Assembly (NCBI GenBank): GCA_026986785.1
Contig: JALSNW010000022.1
Span: 14,265-78,264 of the forward strand
Reading direction: 5' to 3'
Length of the DNA stretch: 64,000 bases
Origin: Deltaproteobacteria bacterium
GTDB lineage: Bacteria; Desulfobacterota; Dissulfuribacteria; Dissulfuribacterales; QOAL01
Part shown: piece after piece, positions 58,594-64,000 of the stretch
Numbering within the stretch: the stretch's first letter is position 1
Layout: each line of letters starts with the position of its first letter
Program-made: the position numbers and the translations under genes
Notes under the pieces: model-generated
The model's input: the letters and a program-made list of their open reading frames with translations, nothing else
The model's database searches: none
Told to the model about the DNA's origin: nothing

Positions 58594-58621
58594 GACCTCG
58601 CCTCCTTTTTCATCCTGAACC

Positions 58622-58656
58622 AAAAAGGGCGGCCCCAAAAACAATAAGGCCGCCCC
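58622..58656 (-). terminator. rho-independent terminator after ppsA
   Basis: GGGCGGCC / GGCCGCCC 8-bp stem followed by a U5 run on the - strand (A5 at 58622-58626 on +). Confidence 0.8.
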
Positions 58657-58699
58657 TGCTTGATAAAAGGCTGAGTATCAACTATCTCATAAGATGAGT

Positions 58700-61129
58700 C
58701 TAACTTATGCCCAGCTCCTTTTCCTTTTCTGCCACGAGCAGCCTGGTCTTCACAGCAGTATCCGGGGTGAGACTCATTGAATCTATGCCACATTCCACCA
58801 AGAATGCTGCAAAATCCGGGAAGTCACTTGGGGCCTGTCCGCAGATACCTATCTTTCTTTTCTGTTCTTTTGCCGTCTTTATAACCTGGCGAATTAGCCT
58901 CTTGACCGCCTCGTTTCTCTCATCGTAGATATGGGATACGAGCTCGGAGTCACGATCGAGGCCCAAGGTGAGCTGGGTCAGATCATTCGAGCCGATTGAA
59001 AAACCATCAAAGACCTTTGAAAACTCGTCAGCCAGTACCACGTTACTGGGGATCTCGCACATCACATAGATCTCGAGACCATTTTCACCTTGCTTGAGCC
59101 CATATTTTTCCATGATGCCAATGACTTTTTTGCCCTCTTCCACAGTGCGGCAGAATGGTATCATGCTCTTGACGTTGGAAAGGCCCATCTCATCCCTTGC
59201 CTTTTTAAAGGCCTTGCATTCCAAGGCAAAGGCTGGCTCAAAATCCGGGGCATAGTACCTGGATGCACCCCTCCATCCTATCATTGGGTTGTGTTCCTCA
59301 GGCTCGTACAACTTTCCGCCTATGAGATTAGCATATTCATTGCTCTTGAAATCCGACATCCGGACAATCACGTCCTTGGGATAGAACCCCGCAGCGATCA
59401 TGGCAATACCCTGGGCCAACTTGTCCGTAAAAAACTCTGCCTTGTCGTCATATGCAGCAGTCTTTTCGTCAATGGCCTCGACGATCTGTCTGATTTCTTC
59501 ATCAGTTGCTGCCTTTTCCTTGAGTTCATCGTAATTTAGAAGTGCCAAGGGATGGATACCGATATGAGAATTGATGACAAATTCGAGCCTGGCAAGTCCT
59601 ACTCCGTCATTGGGGATCTGGCCTTGGTCAAAGGCCTGCTCAGGGATACCCACATTCATCATTATCTTGGTCTTGGTCTTGGGCACGTTTGCAAAATCGA
59701 TCCTATCCACCTCGTATTTGAGGAGTCCCCGGTAGACCTTGCCCTCTTCACCCTCGGCGCAAGACACTGTTACGTCTTCACCGCTTTTTATTATCTCAGT
59801 GCCATTTTCCGTACCGACCACACAAGGGATGCCCATCTCGCGTGAGATAATGGCTGCATGACATGTTCTTCCTCCCCTGTTGGTGACTATGGCAGAAGCC
59901 ACTTTCATGATGGGCTCCCAGTCAGGATCAGTCATGTCTGTAATAAGCACCTCTCCTGCATTGAACTCGGTGATCTCATTTACGTCCTTGATCACATGGG
60001 CCTTACCCTGGCCAATCTTGCTGCCAACCGCCTTGCCAACTGCCAAGACCTCTCCCTTTTCGAGAAGCCTGTACGTCTCCATGTAGTTGGTATCCTTTTG
60101 GGAATGGACTGTTTCTGGCCGTGCTTGGACAATGAACAACTCGCCAGTGCCGACCTTTTCACCATCTCCGTCTTTTGCCCACTCTATGTCCATTGCCTTT
60201 TGATAATGCTCTTCGATTATACAGGCCCAATTGGCCAACTTTAAGATCTCGTCATCCGACAATACGTATCTCCTCCTGTCTTCAGGAGATGTCTCTACAT
60301 TCTTCACTGGGTTGTTGGGATCATCTGTATATATCATCCGATGCTGTTTCAGGCCCAGTCGTTTACTCACAATGGGACGAAAACCCTTCTTCAGTGTAGG
60401 TTTGAATACATAGAATTCGTCTGGATTAACTGCACCCTGCACAACATTTTCGCCAAGCCCCCAGGCACCTGTTATATAGACCACGTCCTCGAAACCGCTC
60501 TCGGTGTCGATGGTGAACATGACTCCAGCACTTGCGCTATCACTGCGCACCATCTTCTGAACAGCAATGGAGAGATAAACGTCGAAATGACCAAAGCCCT
60601 TGTCGTGCCTGTAGGAGATGGCCCTGTCGGTAAAGAGGCTGGCGAAACACTTGTGGCAGGCCTCTATCAGGGCGTCCGTGCCGGTGATGTTGAGAAAAGT
60701 CTCCTGCTGGCCGGCAAAGGAGGCATCGGGCAGATCTTCCGCAGTAGCTGAAGAACGGACAGCCACATCCACATCTTTGTAATATTCCTCTTCCATCTTG
60801 GCATAGGCCTTTTTGATCTCCTCTTCCAGGTCCTCTGGAAACTTTGCCTCCAAGATGATCTGCCTGACCTTCTTGCCCCTTTCCCGGAGATTATTGATGT
60901 CACTGGTATCGAGTCCTTCCAAGGCATCCCGCACAGCCTGTTCAATCCCTGATGCCTTCAATAGGTATTTGTAGGCCTCAGCAGTTATGGCAAAACCATT
61001 TGGCACCTTTACACCCTTGCTGGAAAGGTGTTGGTACATCTCTCCGAGGGAAGCATTCTTTCCGCCAACCAGTGGGACATCTTTAATTCCAATCTCTTTA
61101 AACCATAGAATGAATGGTTTATCACTCAT
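58700..61129 (-). CDS. ppsA: phosphoenolpyruvate synthase (pyruvate, water dikinase)
   Basis: About 809 aa from the ATG at 61129, with AGGAGG 9 nt upstream. GGKNASLGEM N-terminus, phospho-His block GGRTCHAAIISRE, and a PEP-utilising C-terminal TIM barrel. Confidence 0.96.
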   Translation of the reverse strand: MSDKPFILWFKEIGIKDVPLVGGKNASLGEMYQHLSSKGVKVPNGFAITAEAYKYLLKASGIEQAVRDALEGLDTSDINNLRERGKKVRQIILEAKFPEDLEEEIKKAYAKMEEEYYKDVDVAVRSSATAEDLPDASFAGQQETFLNITGTDALIEACHKCFASLFTDRAISYRHDKGFGHFDVYLSIAVQKMVRSDSASAGVMFTIDTESGFEDVVYITGAWGLGENVVQGAVNPDEFYVFKPTLKKGFRPIVSKRLGLKQHRMIYTDDPNNPVKNVETSPEDRRRYVLSDDEILKLANWACIIEEHYQKAMDIEWAKDGDGEKVGTGELFIVQARPETVHSQKDTNYMETYRLLEKGEVLAVGKAVGSKIGQGKAHVIKDVNEITEFNAGEVLITDMTDPDWEPIMKVASAIVTNRGGRTCHAAIISREMGIPCVVGTENGTEIIKSGEDVTVSCAEGEEGKVYRGLLKYEVDRIDFANVPKTKTKIMMNVGIPEQAFDQGQIPNDGVGLARLEFVINSHIGIHPLALLNYDELKEKAATDEEIRQIVEAIDEKTAAYDDKAEFFTDKLAQGIAMIAAGFYPKDVIVRMSDFKSNEYANLIGGKLYEPEEHNPMIGWRGASRYYAPDFEPAFALECKAFKKARDEMGLSNVKSMIPFCRTVEEGKKVIGIMEKYGLKQGENGLEIYVMCEIPSNVVLADEFSKVFDGFSIGSNDLTQLTLGLDRDSELVSHIYDERNEAVKRLIRQVIKTAKEQKRKIGICGQAPSDFPDFAAFLVECGIDSMSLTPDTAVKTRLLVAEKEKELGIS

Positions 61130-61167
61130 CACCGACAACCTCCTTGAATTTTACGTGAACTTAAAAA

Positions 61168-61212
61168 TAAAAAGGCCGTCAGACAGAGATATGACGCCTC
61201 CACCAGACGGCC
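61168..61212 (-). terminator. terminator-like hairpin about 35 nt upstream of the ppsA start codon (candidate attenuator)
   Basis: On the - strand, GGCCGTC...GACGGCC forms a 7-bp GC-rich stem with a 25-nt partly paired loop. It is followed by TTTTTATTTTT. Confidence 0.35.
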
Positions 61213-61548
61213 ACAATTTGCATCGTAGGCCTGTGGGCCCTCTAACAAAACATTTTCCTGGGATTTTATCCACTTTGACATGGATCGCGAAGAGCCCTTG
61301 ATGGATGCCAATAAGCAGATCAAGAGCAGTAATGGCCTTTTTCTCCAGAGAATTGGAGGCCTCGAAAAGCCATTTTTCGAGAATATGAAGGGAAAATCAA
61401 ACGCCTTGGAAAAATAATTGAAGTAGTGGCCTGCACACGGTGATTTCACACTGTCACAGACAGAACCGCTGATCTTTTCCACTATTATCCTCTCAGGCCC
61501 TAAACAAAAAATTTTTCAGGCCATAAACCACAGCCTGATACCTGGATG

Positions 61549-61598
61549 AAAAAAAGGGGTTCTCTACTAAGAGGTAATGGCAAAAACAAAAGAGCCCC
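61549..61598 (-). terminator. terminator-like hairpin about 195 nt downstream of the sigma-54 activator gene
   Basis: GGGGTTCT / AGAGCCCC 8-bp stem (one G-U), 27-nt loop, then a U7 run on the - strand. Confidence 0.35.
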
Positions 61599-61794
61599 TT
61601 TTCGAAACATCCTTGTTAATCATTAAACTATCAATGTTTTTTGCTTTTGGCAACAATACTAGGGTGTCAGTATGCAAAAACCTACGATTGAAGCCTTTCT
61701 GGCCCCTACGAGGGCAAAGACTACACCTTGTATCATAGACGACATCCCACAGCCTTGGTTAGCTTCGACAAGCTTGTGAGCTGCATAATCCAGA

Positions 61795-63243
61795 TTAAAG
61801 GGTCTTGAGATCTGCAGTGCTGATTTTTCTTCCCTTTTTCCTGAATTCGCTGGGATTTAGTCCATGTTTTTCAATAAGTTTATAGAGATCCGCCCTATAA
61901 TAGCCAGCATATTTGGCCGCTGCGCTTATATTTCCCCTTGTAAAACGTAAAAGATCCTCCAGATATTTCTTGGTAAATACAAACCGGGCCTCTTTCAGGG
62001 GCTTGATAGTACAGGTGCTGTAAAAGTCGGCAAGGGGGGTACTGGCCAAAAGATCCTTGTCTATTACCTCTCCCTGAGATGTTGCCACCAAAAAATCCAC
62101 GAGATTTTCCAACTCTCTCACATTTCCTGGCCAGTGGTATCTCTTCAGGGCCTCTATCACGTCTTCATCTATCCAGTTTATCTGCTTGTTCATCTTCTTG
62201 AGTGCCGGTGCGAGAAAATGACTGAATAGGATGGGGATATCTTCTTTCCTCTCTCTCAAAGGAGGCATGATCAAGGGAACCACGTGGATCCTATAGAAAA
62301 GATCTTCTCTAAAGGTCCCTTTTGTCACCATCTCCTTGAGATCCCTTTTCGTGGCGACGATAAGGCGCACATCCACCTTCCTTATCCTATCACTGCCCAA
62401 GGGCTTGACCTCACCTGTCTCAATTACCCTCAACAGCTTTGCCTGCATAGACTCGGCCATTTCACCCACTTCGTCCAAAAACAGGGTACCCCTGTCGGCA
62501 GAAGCAAACACCCCGTTCTTAGAGGTGACGGCAGATGTGAAGGCACCGCGGACATGCCCAAAAAGTTCGTCTTCAAGCATTGTCTCTGGAATAGCTGCAC
62601 AATTCACTGCCACAAAAGGGCCTTTGCTCCTGTTGCTGTGAAGATGAATAGCCCTTGCCACAAGTTCCTTCCCTGTACCAGATTCCCCAAATATGCTCAC
62701 GGTGATATCTGTAGGGGCAACTTGTAGAATCTGCTTGAAAACAGACCGCATCTTTGGACTCTTTCCTATTATACCGGCAAAATCATGCTGGCCTTCAAGA
62801 AGGCCCTCGAAATCATGTACCTTTCTGAGTAACATCCTCTTTTCAAGGGCCTGTTCTATCTTTATTTCAAGTTCTTGATGATCCACAGGCTTGGTCACAT
62901 AAGAAAATGCCCCTGCCCTTATGGCCTCGACAGCCTGATCTATCGTGCCATAGGCCGTAAAGATGATAGTCTGCAAGTATGGATTTATCTCTAAGCATTT
63001 TTCCATGAGTTCCTTACCGGAGAGTTTTTCCATTCTCTGGTCGGTAATCAGGAGCTCTATGTCTGAATTGGTAGAAAAAAGCTTTAGGGCGTCAACAGGA
63101 TCGGTAGTTTCTATAACCTGGTATCCAAGAAGCTCCAGGCGCATCTTCATTACCTCAATGATATTCTGGTCGTCATCCACTAAAAGGATCTTCGCCTTGG
63201 CACGGGATACACCAGGATTTTGGGTTGCCTTGGTTTTTTGCAT
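61795..63243 (-). CDS. sigma-54-dependent response regulator (NtrC family: REC-AAA+-HTH)
   Basis: REC domain (ILLVDDD), AAA+ Walker A GESGTGKE, sigma-54 contact loop present as GAFTSA, and a C-terminal Fis-type HTH. Confidence 0.92.
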   Translation of the reverse strand: MQKTKATQNPGVSRAKAKILLVDDDQNIIEVMKMRLELLGYQVIETTDPVDALKLFSTNSDIELLITDQRMEKLSGKELMEKCLEINPYLQTIIFTAYGTIDQAVEAIRAGAFSYVTKPVDHQELEIKIEQALEKRMLLRKVHDFEGLLEGQHDFAGIIGKSPKMRSVFKQILQVAPTDITVSIFGESGTGKELVARAIHLHSNRSKGPFVAVNCAAIPETMLEDELFGHVRGAFTSAVTSKNGVFASADRGTLFLDEVGEMAESMQAKLLRVIETGEVKPLGSDRIRKVDVRLIVATKRDLKEMVTKGTFREDLFYRIHVVPLIMPPLRERKEDIPILFSHFLAPALKKMNKQINWIDEDVIEALKRYHWPGNVRELENLVDFLVATSQGEVIDKDLLASTPLADFYSTCTIKPLKEARFVFTKKYLEDLLRFTRGNISAAAKYAGYYRADLYKLIEKHGLNPSEFRKKGRKISTADLKTL

Positions 63244-63317
63244 GAAAGATTAACCTTTTGCTGATATGATGAAATTATTATTTTGCTTCAAGATGGACGT
63301 TTGAAAGATGCTGGAAG

Positions 63318-64000
63318 ATGAAACTATTTTCTTATTTTAGTCTATACCAAAAATTACTGGCAGGCTATCTCTTTTTGTTGGCCATTCTCATCCTTCCCTG
63401 TCTCTTTTCCATCTATTCCATATATAGGATAGAGGCTACAGTCTCCACCTTTTTCAAGCGTACCCTACAGATCTCTTCCTCTATAGAATATGCCAAAAGC
63501 CTCGTGCCGTCCCTTGAAGCCGAGGCAAGACGCCTAGTTATCCTGCACAAGGCAGACTCTCTCAAGGCGGTCAGGCCCCTGATAGCTGATCTGGAAGCAA
63601 AACTCGATCCGCTTTTGGTTACAGACTCCATTGCACTGGAAAATAATTTTCAGGAATTTCGAAATACCTTGGCCCTCTTGAATTTCATCATCTCTCAACC
63701 AGACATCCTCAAAGACCACCACCCGGGTTCTCCTCATACCCCCACCCTAACAGATGAGGCGAGGGAACAAGAAATCAAGGGGTTGACCTTTCATCTAATG
63801 GAACTTCTTGCCCAGGCAGAGAATATACAAAAACAGACGCTTCAGGAAAAATCGAGGGAGAGTTCAGCCATAATATCCCATGTCAAAAACGGGACCCTTT
63901 TACTTCTCCTCATAGCAACTATTGTAGCACTCACAGTGCCATGGATCCTTTACATATACATAAAAAAGCCCATCAAGTTCCTTCAGAAAGGCATCTATGC
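63318..64000 (+). CDS. sensor histidine kinase, N-terminal part only (runs off the window)
   Basis: Not in the supplied ORF track because it has no stop in the window. I translated it by hand from the ATG at 63318. It gives TM1 (LLAGYLFLLAILILPCLF), a helical periplasmic region of about 170 aa, TM2 (LLLLLIATIVALTVPWILYIYI), and the start of a HAMP-like linker. Divergent from the sigma-54 regulator. Confidence 0.7.
   Translation, partial: MKLFSYFSLYQKLLAGYLFLLAILILPCLFSIYSIYRIEATVSTFFKRTLQISSSIEYAKSLVPSLEAEARRLVILHKADSLKAVRPLIADLEAKLDPLLVTDSIALENNFQEFRNTLALLNFIISQPDILKDHHPGSPHTPTLTDEAREQEIKGLTFHLMELLAQAENIQKQTLQEKSRESSAIISHVKNGTLLLLLIATIVALTVPWILYIYIKKPIKFLQKGIY

Noticed and set aside
61441-61475. 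ACAGACAGAACCGCTGATC, which resembles the conserved 3' ACAGAACCCGGCTTATC of bacterial RNase P RNA.
   Set aside because: The universally conserved GGAAAGTCCGGGC (P4) element is absent on both strands of the 656-nt region. The available length on either side is also too short for rnpB.
61711-61728. Weak GG-N10-GC match on the - strand (AAGGTGTAGTCTTTGCC) as a sigma-54 promoter for ppsA.
   Set aside because: Only the GG and TTGC are conserved, and the -24 hexamer is otherwise unlike TGGCAC. It also lies upstream of two terminator-like hairpins.
1-64000. CRISPR arrays, IS elements, integrases, prophage or defence genes, rRNA, and large direct or inverted repeats.
   Set aside because: I noticed no regularly spaced repeats, transposase- or recombinase-like ORFs, or rRNA-like sequence on either strand. 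The GC-rich hairpins in intergenic regions differ in sequence and behave as individual terminators, not as a repeat family.

Overview
Dense, almost fully coding chromosomal window. I call about 60 CDS on both strands and one tRNA-Phe(GAA). I recognise no rRNA, CRISPR array, transposase, integrase or phage genes. Most content is housekeeping: def-fmt-rsmB; a gap-free proA-nadD/rsfS-gpmI-ABC ATPase-lon-M20 peptidase chain; ftsH, htrA, hisD, pyrB-pyrC, pyrF, panC-panD, rimO, thiE, tmk, tatC, ppsA, selA, rlmH, two hsp20 genes, inositol-3-phosphate synthase and an IMPase. Several features suggest an anaerobic, Desulfobacterota/deltaproteobacterium-like organism, but this is inference from gene content only: a four-subunit 2-oxoacid:ferredoxin oxidoreductase, selenium-utilisation genes (selA, yedF-like), a VKOR-thioredoxin fusion, periplasmic c-type cytochromes and a sigma-54 activator. 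I see no defence island and no mobile element. The best candidate for an undescribed system is an orphan CbbQ/NorQ-CbbO/NorD (MoxR AAA+/VWA) pair at 42.4-46.5 kb. It has no Rubisco or NO-reductase client nearby and is translationally coupled to a Cys-rich DUF166-like protein and a 102-aa protein. Secondary points, in rough order of interest: (1) a Fur/PerR-family repressor with 7-1-7 palindromic boxes controlling a peroxidase-Tat metallophosphoesterase-cytochrome c operon; (2) an in-frame NadD-RsfS fusion; (3) divergent rlmH and selA with overlapping start codons; (4) a sigma-54-type -24/-12 element upstream of a CPBP protease gene; (5) a 656-nt non-coding region with terminator-like hairpins in front of ppsA. 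All functional calls come from motif and family recognition by eye; no database search was run.
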